From assembly GCF_009914755.1 (NCBI RefSeq), contig NC_060940.1: a DNA stretch of 64,000 bases; one strand, written 5' to 3'. The notes beneath the pieces were generated by a model. It saw nothing but the letters and a program-made list of their open reading frames with translations. It was not told where the DNA came from and did not search any database. This document shows positions 1 to 14,409 of the stretch, piece after piece. This stretch comes from the human T2T-CHM13v2.0 reference genome, Homo sapiens. A program made the translations under genes and the position numbers. Positions within the stretch are counted from its first letter, which is position 1, and each line of letters opens with the position of its first letter.

Positions 1-400
1 CTCATGTTTAGAGGTCGGGCTGGGGAGATTTAAACAGCTGAAGACTCTTACAACATAGATTCCTGAAGTCATCTCTGCCTATCTCTATGTGGTCTTCCCA
101 CATGGCTGCACAAGGTGGCTCCCAGGCAACCAGTCTTCTCACATATCAGCTTGGGGCAGATCAGGACCTCAAGAGAGACTTGCAGAAGTATTGCCTTTCA
201 TAAACCAGCCTCAGAAGTCACTGAGCATTACTAGTACCATATTCCACCAGTACAGGCAGTAACAAAGGTCTACTAAGTTAAAGAAAAACATATATATAGC
301 TCCCATCTCTTAATAGAGGAATCTGAATGTTATACTGTAAGAAGAGTATATAGGATATGATATGTATTGGTGAGCACATCTTTGTAAAATACCATTTGCT
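1..400 (-). mobile_element. Old ERVL-MaLR LTR fragment (MLT1J/K-like)
   Basis: 'gcctcagaagtcactgagcattac...catattccac' and 'tcccatctcttaatagaggaat' resemble antisense MLT1 LTR motifs; heavily diverged. Confidence 0.55.
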
Positions 401-1744
401 ATCACATCCGTATACTCATTGTCCACCTCTTGGCACCAGCTCATACTGAAGAAATATTGGCATGTTCTGGGATTTGAGAAAATAATGTTGAGCCTCTTCT
501 AATGGTACATGAAAATTTCGTTTTCCTACTCCAACTTGGTTTGGCTGAATAACATGGCTCAACCTAGATATAGTCAACCATATGATTCCTTCCTGGAAAA
601 GATTGTGGGCAGTCCTATTAGGGACTCAAAAATCTAGATAGCTGCTGTAATTAGTCCTGGATAATGTTCTAGAGCAGATCAGGAAGTTGTTTTAGACACT
701 TAGAAGTAGAAGCATAAACAGAACAATTACTAAAATATTCCTCACAGTGAAGTGGGTCAAGGTGGAAAAGATAATTATATTTTTAGCTCCAAGTGGAAGA
801 GGCAGGTTCTAAGCCAGAAATGGGAGGTAAAGCCAAAATATCAAGAGACAAGTCTGTAATGACAACAGATACCCAATGGGATACTTAAGGTGCCTGGCAT
901 TGTGAAGAAGCATAAAGGGAGCAAGCAAAGAAGAAGAAATCTCTAAGGGGAACTTTATGAGAAAGCTGAAAATTCTTTTTGGAATCAACACCAGGGTATC
1001 CAACTCTACATCTTACTGTAGCCCAGCTACACGCTGTGAGCAAACGACATTACAGGTATTCTTGCTCATGAAAGCAGACAGCATTCAGGTGGATTTCTTG
1101 AGGCTCCTAAATTCAAAAGCTTCAAATCAGAGTCAAATGTTAATGGAGCTCATGTGCTCACATTACAAAAGAACTACAATGAGTTGCTGATGCAATTGGT
1201 GCACCCTATAGAAATGAGATTCTTACTCTGAATATCTGTTGCTCTCCCTATGCACCATCTCTATATAGATATTAATAGATATTATTTCTATATAAATATG
1301 TATCTAATTCTCAAAGGCAATGTAACTGATCACTACACTTTTTTTAAAAACTAAAAAAAAATTTAGGCTTAGGAGAGATAAATTATATAAGAACCTCAGG
1401 AGGAAAATCTTTATGAAATACTCATGTAAATTGCTTTATCTTGTTGTAGTGTTATTACTTTTCAGTGGTTATGTCTGATGTTAACATTTTCATTCAAGAT
1501 CCACTTCTTTGTTGTGCTCTGCTGGGGAAGGATGGATTGCTTTATTATATTGTGATCTGGCTTGGGAAAAATCCCACATAATGTGTTATTTTAAAAAATA
1601 CATATATGTAACAGAAATGCTTCATTTTGAATCAATTCTTATTGAAAACAAAATGTGATGTTTACTGTGATAATGGCAAAGCTAACTTCAAATTTTTTTC
1701 AATTATCTCTACCTTTGCTTGTAAATGTATTAATATGATGTTGA

Positions 1745-2200
<456 letters not shown>

Positions 2201-2497
2201 TAGCCTCAGTTTTTTAATTTGCAAAGTTAAATAGATGATCTAAAATGTCTCTAAAATCTATTGTTTCTGATAGATCATATTGTGTAATATATTATTCAAG
2301 GAGAAGCCTCCAAGATTTCTTGCCATCATAAAAGTAATCAAATTTCTGGTGGTCCTCATTTAATTCCCCAAATCAGGTTCAAAGAAAAGTCAAGAGAGAT
2401 GCCAAGGTGCCAAGATGCCAAGATGGGTTAGCACCACTAATTGCAATCCCCCTGGTACTTGCATTCATGATGGAGCTTTCTCCCAAGAGTTGTGCCA

Positions 2498-2830
2498 TGC
2501 TGTGGTCAGAGTCAACAAAATCCATATGTTGAAATCTGATCACCATTGCAATAATACTAAGAGGTGGGGCCTTTAGGAGATGATTAGTTTGTGAGGGTGA
2601 GGCCCTCATGAATGAGATTAGTGTCTGTATAAAAGAGGCTTATGGGAGCTTGTTAACACCTTCTGCCATCTGAGGAAACGTATCTATGAGAAATGGGCCC
2701 TCACCAGGCACCAAATCTGCTAGTGCCGTGATCTTGAGTTTCCTAGTCTCCCAAACTGTAAGCAATACATTTCTATTATTTATAAATTACTTAGTATATT
2801 TTGTTTTAGCAACCCAAAAAGACAAAGACA
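2498..2830 (+). mobile_element. MaLR solo LTR (MLT1A/MSTD-like)
   Basis: 'gaggtggggcctttaggagatgattag', 'ccctcatgaatgagattagtg', 'gccctcaccaggcaccaaatctgc', and an end of 'ttgttttagcaacccaaaaagacaaagaca'. Confidence 0.85.
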
Positions 2831-3359
2831 GGCCACTTCTGTGTGTGTTAATGCCAGAAAACTATCTCTTAAGAGATCTATATTGTCAAAGAGTACTTTT
2901 GCCAAGAGCCCTTAAGATCTGTGACAAATCTGTTTCCTGCAATAAGATTCAAGGGTTATTTTTGATCTTCTGAGTCAAAAGTAGCATCACTATGGTGATT
3001 TCCTTCACTCTATTAACGTTTTTGACAAAATATCAATGCACAGTATATACACTTACATGATTACACACACATAAAATGTAATCCATGTAATCCTTGCCCC
3101 CTCCCAAATATTAAATTCTTTGGAAAATAAAATGGTCATGCGTTCCAAATATCATAGAGGATTGAGGAGAAAGAGTTGAACTAAACTCTTCGTTAGTTTA
3201 CTCTTCATAGATACACTCAACAAACATTAGGTAATTTACCTAAATTTTGACTGAAAATCTTTAGATACATACATTCAACCAACAGAAAAGACAAAAAGGA
3301 AATGTGACTATGAGTTTATGATGCTGGAGAGGAAGAGAAGGTAGAATTAACAGTTGTTC

Positions 3360-4599
3360 AAGGCAGGAGGCATCACACTACCTGACTTCAAACTATACTA
3401 CAAGGCTACAGTAACCAAAACAGCATGGTACTGGTACCAAAACAGAGATATAGAACAATGGAACAGAACAGAGCCCTCAGAAATAATACCACACATCTAC
3501 AACCATCTGATCTTTGACAAACCTGACAAAAACAAGAAATGGGGAAAGGATTCCCTATTTAATAAAAGGTGCTGGGAAAACTGGCTAGCCATACGTAGAA
3601 AGCTGAAACTGGATCCCTTCCTTACAGCTTATACAAAAATTAATTCAAGATGGATTAAAGATTTAAATGTTAAACCTGAAACCATAAAAACCCTAGAAGA
3701 AAACCTAGGCAATACCACTCAGGACATAGGCATGGGCAAGGACTTCATGTCTAAAACACCAAAAGCAATGGCAACAAAAGCCAAAATTGACAAATGGGAT
3801 CTAATTAAACTAAAGAGCTTCTGCACAGCAAAAGAAACTACCATCAGAGTGTACAGGCAACCTACAGAATGGGAGAAAATTTTTGCAATCTACTCATCTG
3901 ACAAAGGGCTAATATCCAGAATCTACAAAGAACTCAGACAAATTTGCAAGAAAAAAACAAACAACCCCATCACAAAGTGGACGAAGGATATGAACAGACA
4001 CTTCTCAAAAGAAGACATTTATGCAGCCAACAGACACACGAAAAAATGCTCATCATCACTGGTCATCAGAGAAATGCAAATCAAAACCATAGTGTGAAAT
4101 GAGATACCATTTCACACTAGTTAGAATAGTGATTATTAAAAAGTCAGGAAACAACAGGTGCTGGAGAGGATGTGGAGAAACAGCAACACTTTTACACTGT
4201 TGGTGGGACTGTAAACTAGTTCAACCATTGTGGAAGTCAGTGTGGCGATTCCTCAAGGATCTAGAACTAGAAATACCATTTGACCCAGCCATCCCATTAC
4301 TGGGTATATACCCAATGTATTATAAATCATGCTGCTATAAAGACACATGCACACATATGTTTATTGTGGCACTATTCACAATAGCAAAGACTTGGAACCA
4401 ACCCAAATGTCCATCAATGATAGACTGGATTAAGAAAATGTGGCATATATATACCATGGAATACTATGTAGCCATAAAAAATGATGAGTTCATGTCCTTT
4501 GTAGGGACATGGATGAAGCTGGAAACCATTATTCTCAGCAAACTATTGCAAGGACAAAAAACCAAACACCACATATTCTCACTCATTGGTGGGAATTGA
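3360..4599 (+). pseudogene. L1 ORF2p C-terminal fragment, frameshifted by a small insertion at ~4090-4097
   Basis: ORFs 3354..4097 and 4099..4599 are consecutive ORF2p segments; 'accatagtgtgaaatgaga' replaces consensus 'accacaatgaga'. Confidence 0.9.
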
Positions 4600-4818
4600 A
4601 CAATGAGAACACATGGACACAGGAAAAGGAACATCACACACTGGGGCCTGTTGTGCGGTGGGCAGAGTGGGGAGGAATAGCATTAGGAGATATACCTAAT
4701 GTAAATGACAAGTTAATGGGTGCAGCATACCAACATGGCACATGTATACGTATGTAACAAACCTGCACGTTGTGCACATGTACCCTAGAACTTAAAGTAT
4801 AATAAAAAGAAAAAAAAA
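3360..4818 (+). mobile_element. 5'-truncated LINE-1 (L1PA4/5-like): 3' ORF2, 3'UTR and poly(A)
   Basis: ORF2 C-terminal peptides ([14 protein letters not shown]...; CWRGC...HCWWDC...SLIGGN); 3'UTR '...taccctagaacttaaagtataat'; 17-bp TSD agaat(t/c)aacagttgttc at 3343-3359 and 4819-4835. Confidence 0.97.
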
Positions 4819-6869
4819 AGAATCAACAGTTGTTCTTGGAGGAGTTCATTCTTAGGCCAAGATTTCTCTTACCCAATTCACTTTTTTAACTGGTGAGATT
4901 TAAATTGTTTAGTAATATACCTAGTGAATACGTAAGGGAATTTCAGAGACATTGTATTGAGAGACCCACAGGTTTCTGCAGTATGTGTGTGTGTGTGTTT
5001 AAGTACTTTCACACTAGTACACAAAAAAATTAATAGTATCAGAACACAGTTTTTATAATTAGAAACCCAGAATTTCTACATCAATTTTAAGCACACACAT
5101 CAAAGAAGTATGAGAATCACAAGGTGGCAACAAGAAATATGAAAGAAACAGGAGAGTCTTGCTGGAAGGTGAGTGATGGAGGAAGAGGGAACAGACAGTC
5201 GGGGATGGTATTTTCTCCTGTTAAAATGACAAGAAAGAGGAACATAATGAAATAATTTGAAAGGCAAAAGCACTTTGAGATATATGAAAATACCAACTCT
5301 CTCAGAGTTTTGGTGGTGTAAAGAGGGTTGAGTAGGATAGAAATATTCCAGAAGGAATGGAGCCTATTTTAAGACACTCAGATACTCTCTTTACTCTCTT
5401 TAACAAAAACAAAAGAGGTCAGAAGATCCAGGGTAAATATGATTTCAGTAAAACCAAATAGAACAAAATAAAACAAAAAAAAGAAAAAGAGAAAGAAAGA
5501 AACAAAGAAAGAAAAGGGAAGAGGCTTTTACTCCACATTGGGCTGCTTCTCCCAACTGTCACTCACCAAACTAAAATCAAAACTGAATGGCTTTTTTACT
5601 TTATATATTTTGTATATTTAAGATATTCCTGTATCAGAGTTACAACATACTATACTTTTTCTATTAACTGTTCTAGATAGAATATTCCTAAATGTCTAAA
5701 TTAAGCTTTTATTTCATTCAACACTGGCTGTTGATACATTAATGTCTAGTATCACAGAGATGCCAGGAATAAGGAAGGCAAGGAAATGTTTGCAAAGTAA
5801 TCTAAAGGCTTAATTACATTATGGACGTCTCAGTGGACAATTAAGATCAGAACATGGAGTAAACAATCAAAACAAATTACTGAAGGTCTGACATTGAAAT
5901 CCAAATATATACATCAAGACTGAGCAGAAATCCAAATCTTTATACACCAGACTTGGATGTATCCCAAAAAGGTCATTATGAGAATAAGGTATTTTATTTA
6001 TTTTTTTCGTGCACACAATTTATTTCTGAGGAAGTTTTCATTTCCTAAGGATAGCAACAGTATTCAGACATCTTTTCGCAAATTGCTAATCATAATTTTG
6101 AACAAAAGCCAAATTAGATACTTTATAGAGATAATCGGTGAAACACTCTTTCTTAGGAATTGTGCTTGTTCAACTGGAAGAAGAAAACACTTTGTCATTA
6201 CATAGTTGTGGCCTTCAGATATTTTGAAAAACTGTCAGTGGAAAAAGCAATACATCTACTTCTCTGCCTTGGCAGGAGAACAGTGATCAATACTTGAAAA
6301 TACCATCACCACCTTCAAAGTTGGAGAACTAAAAACAAACAACAAATTACAAATTGGGTATCTTATACCGTTTAAAAATTGTACTTACTGGAGGACAGAG
6401 AGCGGAGGCTTTGTTACCATAAACAGGAATCCAAGACCCTGGGTGGAAGCTAAAATTCTGTAGGCCTGGCTGAAGGTGTTGTAGCCTCGAGCAGACACGT
6501 CAGTGTGCAGACACTGCCAGAAATGCTATGTGTGGCATCTCTTTCCTTTTGTCTTCTAATCCTGTTAGTACTTTCCCCTGCCCAAACCCAGTAGGAATTA
6601 GGAAAACTCAGCCATCAAAACTACATTTCTCCATAACACAGGCAGGGGAAAAAAAAAGACAAGACATGTTTTTCATAGCAAATATACCAAAGATTGGCAC
6701 AAGAACCCAGGGATTTATATTTTCATTTAGTTTGGGTTCCACTGCTGGAACTTGGAAGTGACATTTGAGCTGACATATTAAAGACAACAACAGACCTGAA
6801 TTTGAAGGCCCTTCAAAGAGCCCTTCAGGTTGAGGAAACAGCAAGTGCAAACTCTTGGTGGCAGAAAAA

Positions 6870-7105
6870 TGCTAAATGCATGTGAGAAACAGAAGGGGCA
6901 TCCAATGTGGCTGGAGCACACTTTGTAGGGAGTTGCGGAATGGGGCTGTTGGGGAAAAGGTTGTAATTATAGACAGGAACCAGATTGTTGTGCCATGATG
7001 GGTTGTTGAGACTTGCTCTAAGAGCAACAGTTGTTCTTTGAAAATAATGTATTAGGGGATGAAAAATTCTGATTATTGTTTTGAAAATATCACTCTAGCT
7101 GCGGG
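6870..7105 (-). mobile_element. L2 fragment
   Basis: 'aatgtggctggagca', 'ttttgaaaatatcactctagctgc' are typical antisense L2 motifs. Confidence 0.6.
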
Positions 7106-9071
7106 AAAAAAATCACTAAAGACATGCAAAATAGAAATAATTGTAGGCCATATGCAAGTTTCTTATTATTTATTAACATACTTTATGGCAAGTAAATTTA
7201 CTCAAATATGTAACTGAAGTAATAATGTAGGCATTTTCCTAAGTTAAAATGTTGATTTAGAAGTTCATTTCTCTGATTTGGAAGTATTTTACAATTTTTA
7301 CTTACCTGTAATATAGACAGGTTTCCTTTTCACTCCATAGTTAATAATTGAGAGCACCATGCAACTTATTTGAAATTAGATTACATTTGGCAAAAGTTAT
7401 AATATGAGGTAAACTAAGACTATAATTTCAACAAATAAATGGAATCTATTTGATCCTAAGATCAAATAGCACATTTATATAAGAATAATATTTTGAAAAT
7501 CGTACAATTTTTAAAAGTTTTTTTAGCGACATGCTGAACAATGCGTCAGTCTCTTAATAGCAAAAGTGATCAAGCAGAAGAAAGAATTAGTGAGCTTGAA
7601 GACAGGCTATTTGAAAATACACAGTCAGAGGAGACAAAATAAAAAAAAAAGAATAAAATACAATGAAACAAATCTATAGGATCTAGAAAATAGCCTCAAA
7701 GGGCAAATCTAAGAGTTATTGGCCTTAAAAAGAAGGTAGAGAAAGAGATAGGGGTAGAATGCTTATTCAAAGAGATAATATCAGAAAACTTCCCAAGCCT
7801 TGAGAAAGATGTAAACATTCAAGTAAAAGAAGATTACAGAACACCAAGCATATTTTACCTGAAGAAGACTCCCTCACGCTATTTAAAAATCAAACTCCCA
7901 AAGTTCAAGGATAAAGAAAGTATCCTAAAAGCAGCAAGAGAAAAGAAACAAATAACATTCAATGGAGTTCCAATACATCTATCTGGCAGCAGACTTTTCA
8001 GTGGAATCCTTACAGGCCACGAGAGAGTGGCATGATATATTTAAAGTACTGAAGGACAAAAACTTTTACCCTAGAATAATATATTTGGCAAAAATATCCT
8101 TTAAGCAGTAAGAGGAAATAAAGACCTTCCCAGACAAACAAAAGTTGAAGAATTTCATCAACACCAGACCTGTCCTACAAGAAATGCTAAAGGAAGTCCT
8201 TCAATCAAAAGAAAAGGATGTTAATGAGCAAGAAAAAAATCATCTGAAGGGACAAAACTCACTAGTAATAGTAAGCATGCAGGAAAAACACAGAATAGTA
8301 TTACACTGTAATTGCAGTATGTAAATTTCTCTTGACTTAAGTAGAAAGACTAAAATATAAGCCAATCAAAAACACTAACCACAACTTTTCAAGACAGAGA
8401 GAGTACAATCAGACAAAGAAATAACAAAAAATTAAAAAGTGGGAGATGACGCTGAAATGTAGAGTTTTTATTAGTTTCTTTTTGTAGAGTTTTTATTAGT
8501 TTTTTAAGGTGTCTTCAGTTTAAAATAATTGGTTATGAGATAGCATTTCCACCCCTCATAGTAACCTCAAATAAAAAAACACACAACAGATACACAAAAA
8601 GTAAAAAGCAATAAATTAAACTATACCACCAAAAAACACAACAAAAAAAAAATCACTTTCACTAAAAGGAAGACAAGAAGGAAGGAAAGAAGAGAAGATT
8701 GGAAAACAACCAGAAAAAATAATAAAAAAATGGCAACAGTAAATCCTTACTTATCAATAATAACGTTGAATGCAAATAGATTAAATTCTCAAATCAAAAG
8801 AAATAGAGTAGCTGAATGGATGAAAAAACCATGATCTGTTACCTAGGAGAAGCATACTTTATCCATAAACATACACACAGACTGAAAATAAAGGGATAGA
8901 AAAAGATATTCCATGCTAATATAAACCAAAAAAAGAGGAGGAGTAGCTATGCATAAAACAGACAAAATAGATTTCAGGACAAAAACTGTAAGAAGAGAAA
9001 AATGGAAGTGATTATATAATGTCAATAGAGTCACTTCGGCAAGAGAGTATAATGATGGTAAATATATATTT

Positions 9072-9489
9072 ACCCTTTGGATATATACCCAGTAATGGGA
9101 TTGCTGGGTCAAATGGTATTTCTATTTCTAGATCCTTGAAGAGTCTCTACACTGCCTCCACAATGGTTGAACTAATTTACACTCCCACCAACAGTGTAAA
9201 AGCATTCCTATTTCCCCACATCCTCTCCAGCATCTGTTGTTTCCTGAGTTTTTAATGATCGCCATTCTAACTGGCATGAGATGGTATCTCATTGTGGTTT
9301 TGATTTGCATTTTTCTAATGAACAGTGATGATGAGCATTTTTTCGTGGGTTTGTTGGCTGCATAAATGTCTTCTTTTGAGAAACGGGTTGATGGGTGCAG
9401 CAAACCACCATGGCACGTGTATACCTATGTAACAAAACTGCACGTTCTGTACATGTACCCCAGAACTTAAAGTATAATTAAAAAAAAAA
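9072..9489 (+). mobile_element. Nested short L1PA7/8-like insertion with 5' inversion (antisense 9072-9382; sense 3'UTR and poly(A) 9383-9489)
   Basis: Antisense ORF2 3' region ends at 'cttttgagaa', then sense 'acgggttgatgggtgcagcaaaccaccatggcacg...cagaacttaaagtataattaaaaaaaaaa'. Confidence 0.9.
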
Positions 9490-12400
9490 TGTAGTAGTTG
9501 CTCCAGAGTTTGCAATAGACATTTATAACAAATTCAAGTCCAATTAACAATATACTGCTTTATGAGCAGTGCAAATACATTTATATATATATATATCTCC
9601 AACAGTGGAGCACACAGATATATAAAGCAAATATTATTAAAGAGAGTGATAAACCCCAATACAATAACCACAGGAGACTTCACCACCACACATTCAGCAT
9701 TTGACAAATCTCCCAGACACAAAATCAACAAAGAAACATCAAAGTTAATTGGCACTATAGAACAAATGGACCTAAAAGATATTTACAAACATTTTATCCA
9801 ACAACTGCAGAATATACATTTTTCTCACCAATACATGGATTATTCTCAAGGATAGACCATATGTTAGGTCACAAAACACGTCTTAAAAATTCAAAAAATG
9901 CAAGTAATACCAACCATCTTCTCTGACTACAATGGAATAAAATTACAAATCAATAACAAGAGGAATTTTGGAAACTATATAGCCACATAGAAATTAAACA
10001 ATATGCTCCTGAATGAACAGTGGGTCAATGAAGAAATTAAGAAGGAAATTGAAAAATGTATTGAAACAAATGATAATGGAAACACAACATATCAAAACAT
10101 ATGGGATATGGCCAAAGCAGTAGTAAGAGTAAAATTCATAGCTATCAGTACTTATATAAAAAAGAAAAACTTTAAATAAATAACCTAATGATGCATCTTA
10201 AAGAATTAGAAAAGCAAGAGAAAACTGAACCCCAAATTAGTCAAAGAAAAAAAGTAATAAATATCAGAGCAGAAATAAATGAAATTCAAATAAAGAAAAC
10301 AAAGATCAATGAAACAAAAAGTTGGTTGTTTGCAAAGATAAACAAAATTGACATACATATAGCCAGACTAAGAAAAAATTATATACAAATAAATAAAATC
10401 AGAGATGAAAAAGGAGACATGATGACTGATACCACAGAAATTCAAAGGATCATTAGTGGCTACTATGAGCAAGTATATGCCAATAAAGTGGAAAATCTAG
10501 AAGAAATGGATAATTTCTAAACACATACAACCTATCAAGATTTAACTATGGAGAAATCCAAGACCTGAACAAACCAATAACAAGTTACAAAATTGAAGCT
10601 GTAATTGAAAGTCTCCCAGTAACGAAAAGACTGGAGCCAATAACTTCACTTCTGAATTTTACCAAATATTCAAAGAAGAACTAATATCAATCCTATTCAA
10701 ACTGTTCCAAAAAATATAGGAAGGGAGTACTTCCAAACTCATTCTATGAGCCCAATATTACACTGATACCAAAACCAAAGGCACATCAAAAAAAGAATAC
10801 ACAGATCAACATCTCTAATGAATCAGTGCAGAATCAATGCAAGTCCCAGCAAAATACAAATGACATTCTTCACAGAAATAGAATATAAATAATCCTAAAA
10901 TTTATATGGAATCATGAAAGACTCAGAGTAGCAAAGCTAGAAAAAGGGCAAAACTGGAGGAATCAAGTTACCTAATTTCAAATTATGTTACAGAGCCATA
11001 GTAACCAAAACAGCATGGTACTGGCATAAAAACAGACACACAGTCTAATGGAACAGAATATATAACCCAGAAAAAAATTTACACAATTAGAGTAAACTCA
11101 TTTTTAACAAGGTGCCAAGAACATACACTGGGGAAAAGACAGTCTCTTTTATAAATGGTGCTGGGAGAACTGGGTACCCAATATGCAGAAGAATGAAACT
11201 AGAACCCTACCTCTCTCCATATACAAAAGTTTAATAAAAATTTATTAAATACTTAAATCTGAGACCTCAAACTGTGAAACTACTACAAGAAACCCTTTGG
11301 GAAACTCTCCTGTGCATTGATCTGGGCAAAAATTTCTTGAATAATATTCTACGAGCACAATCAACCAACGCAAAATTGGACAAATGGCATCACATCTAGT
11401 TAAAAAGCTTCTGCACAGCAAAGGAAGCAACCTACAAAATGAAGAGATAACACACAAAATGGGAGAAAATATTTGCACACTTCCCCTCTGACTAGGGATT
11501 AATAACCAAAATATATATAAAGCTCAAACACCTGCATAGGAAAGAATATAATAATCTGATTATAAATTGGAAAAGATTTGAACAGACATTTCTTAAAAGA
11601 AGACTTACAAATGGTAAAAAGGAATAAGAAAAAGCACTAAACTTCATCGATTATCAGAGAAATGCAAATCAAAACTACAATGAGATATCATCTCACCCCT
11701 GTTAAAAATGGCTTATATCCAAAAGATAGGCGATAACAAATCCTGGGAAGAATGTGGAGAAAAGTGAAACTTTGTACACTTTTAGTGAAAGTGTAAATTG
11801 GTAAAACCACCATGGAGAACAGTTTGGAGGTTCCTCAAAAAACTAAAAAAAGAGCCACTATACAATCTGGCAATCCCACTGCTGGGTATATATGCAAAAA
11901 AAAAAAAAAAACAAAAAAAAAAACAGGAAATCAGTTTGTTGAAAAATCAGCACTCCCAAGTTTGTGGCAGCACTGTTAACAATAGCCAAGACCGAAAGCA
12001 TCCTAAGTGTCCACCAATAGACAAATGGATAAAGAAAATGTCCATATACACAATAGAGTGCTATTCAACCATGTAAACGATTGAGATTCTGCCATTTACA
12101 ACAACATGGATGGAACTGGAGGTTGCTATAATAAGTTAAATAAGCAAGCCCCAGAAAGATAAACGTTGCATGTTGTCACTTATTTGGTGACATTTAAAAA
12201 TCAAAACAACTGAACTTATGAAGACAGAGAAGAATGGTTACCAGAAGCTTGGAAGGGTACTTGGGGGAACAAGCGGGGGTGTGAGGTTTGGTAATGGGTA
12301 TAAAAAAATAGAACAAATCAAACCTAGTATTTGACAGCACAAGAGGGTGACTCTAGTCAATAATAATTTAATTACACATTTGAAAATCACTAAGAGTATA

Positions 12401-12508
12401 GTTGGATGGTTGGTAACACAAAGAATAAATGCTTGAGGGTATGGATACCTTTTTCCATGATGTGATTATTACACATTGCATACCTGTACCAAAATATCTC
12501 ATGTACCA

Positions 12509-12602
12509 CATATATAATATATATACTGTATATATATAGCATATATATACTATTTATACATATACAGTGTGTATATATATATATATATATATACACACAC
12601 AT
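12509..12602. repeat. (TA)n/(CA)n expansion in the L1MA 3'UTR
   Basis: Direct dinucleotide runs. Confidence 0.85.
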
Positions 12603-12974
12603 ACTATTTACCCACATAAATTAAAAACAATTATTTTTTTTAAAGTAGGGCTTTGTGAGTGGTGTTTTGGATTTAATTTTCAAATTAGAATTTCAAATGC
12701 CAATGGCAGAGAATGCTATGTTTTTCTTAAAAGGGGTTTCTCCATTGACTAACACACATTTACAAAAAGGAAACATATCAGAGTCTTCTTATCTTCCTGC
12801 TCAACTCTAAACAAGTAATTATTGGAATCCTGTTAGATCTTCCTAGTCATTCTTATGCAAGAGCATAAGTCTAGGTCCTGTTTTAAATATAGCGATCATG
12901 AAAAGAGCATATCTCCCTACATTCTGTTATTATGGGGAGGGCATAGGCAGTCAAGGGATATGACTTTTCTTTAA

Positions 12975-13135
12975 CTCTAGAAATCTACTAGCCCTGTGGC
13001 TTAGGACAAGTCACTGCACTGAGTCTTAGTTTCTCCATCTGGACACAGATGAGATATCTCAACATATGCCTCACAATTTGCATTAAAAACTAAAAAACAG
13101 ATAGAGTGAACATGCTTTATAAACTCTGACGTATA
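12975..13135 (+). mobile_element. MIR SINE fragment
   Basis: 'ctgtggcttaggacaagtcact...gagtcttagtttctccatctg' MIR core. Confidence 0.7.
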
Positions 13136-14000
13136 CCCCATATGTAATATTTTCCTTCCCTCAGTGGGATGGAATTCTTATTTGGCAGGTCTAATCTTCA
13201 CTCCCTAGATTACTCTGTTTCGATGCCTTTCTCTTGCCCTATGATAAAGTAAAAATTATTTACTGCAGTCTCATGCCTGACTAATTCTCAACCTCTTTTC
13301 TTGTGGTGTTTACATCTCTCCTTCTGTATCATTCTGTAGCTTACATTTGTCCCTCAAATGCTTCACCTGTACTTCATTCAGAACAGTTTTTGAGCTTATA
13401 TTACATTTTGGGTTTTCTGCTGGGATGGGGACACAGTGGTGAAATGATTACTCCATATCTTGAATAATTATGGTGCTCATATAGTAGGGCAGTAACTAAC
13501 ATTAAATTGCCCAGACCAGGAAGTTAGTAAAACAATATACAATAGGATGTGTGAACTGTGGCAAGAGGGAGAGAGTACAGAGAACAATCCATCTCATGGA
13601 GACTAGTACAGTTAAGCTAATCAGTGCTCTAGAAGGATATGGCTGCAGTGTTTCCCCTTCATCTTCGTTTTGAATTGAAAGCAGATATGCAGAGTTTTCT
13701 GTGTTGTCTCTTAGCATTTAAATCTGGGCCAGCAGCTAATAGAAAAAAAATACTGTGCTGTAAAACAAAATATGTTTGCTGGATATGGTCTTCAGTCTCT
13801 GATCTGTTCTTTCTTTCCTTGAGGCAACTCACCTCTGACTCAGAACTTTTGCTCATGCTGTTTCTCTCACACAAAACATTATTTCTACTACAAGCAGCAT
13901 CCTCCACTTCACTTAGGGAATTCCTATATATCTTTCAGATCCCAGGGAAGCTTTCTCTCATCTTCCAGACCAGTTATTGTGGCATGCCATACATTCTTTA

Positions 14001-14409
14001 TGTAGAGTGACAGGTTCCCTACCAGGTTACTTAAGGGTGCATTTGTCTGCTGAGTGAAACTTGAAGGCCAGACAGTGAGCCAGGTTATGGTGTCTAGCTG
14101 AGGAGCAGATGTTCCTGGGAACCTAAATATCCCAGGCAGTATCTGTGAACCTACTAAGAAAAATAGTCATAGCTCTTAAGCACAGTAAGCAAAGATCAAG
14201 AATATTAGCCTAAAAGTAGTTTAAATATGAGAAACTGCAGGCTCTCTAGAGATGATCTGTCACTGTCCAGGAGTGCCTTATATGTTAATTCCTAATAAAC
14301 TCATCTACTTATCAAACTGGAGTTGTTCAAGTCATTCTTTGGTCTCATGGCTATTTCCTAGTTTGGTGTTGGAGGGGAGATGTTACTGTCCAAAGTGTTT
14401 CTCGTAACA
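14001..14409 (+). mobile_element. ERVL-class solo LTR (LTR47-like), apparently nested in an L2 relic
   Basis: TG...CA termini ('tgtagagtgacaggttccctaccaggttacttaaggg' ... 'ctcgtaaca'); AATAAA at ~14294; L2-like sequence on both flanks. Confidence 0.75.

Larger units (their letters stand above)
7528..12627 (+). mobile_element. Old 5'-truncated LINE-1 (L1MA1-3-like): ORF1 part, ORF2 and 3'UTR; interrupted at ~9070-9580 and internally deleted at ~10823
   Basis: ORF1-like 'gaagaaagaattagtgagcttgaagacagg'; ORF2 peptides (HLKELEKQE...NKVENLEEMD); L1MA-type 3' end 'ccatgatgtgattattacacattgcatacctgtaccaaaatatctcatgtacc...tacccacataaattaaaaa'. Confidence 0.9.

Noticed and set aside
6385-6600. Possible ancient LTR fragment (also 430-720)
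   Set aside because: Resemblance too weak to assign a family without a profile search.
13502-14010. Overlapping 71-123 aa ORFs
   Set aside because: No recognisable domain; the length is expected by chance and part overlaps an L2 relic.
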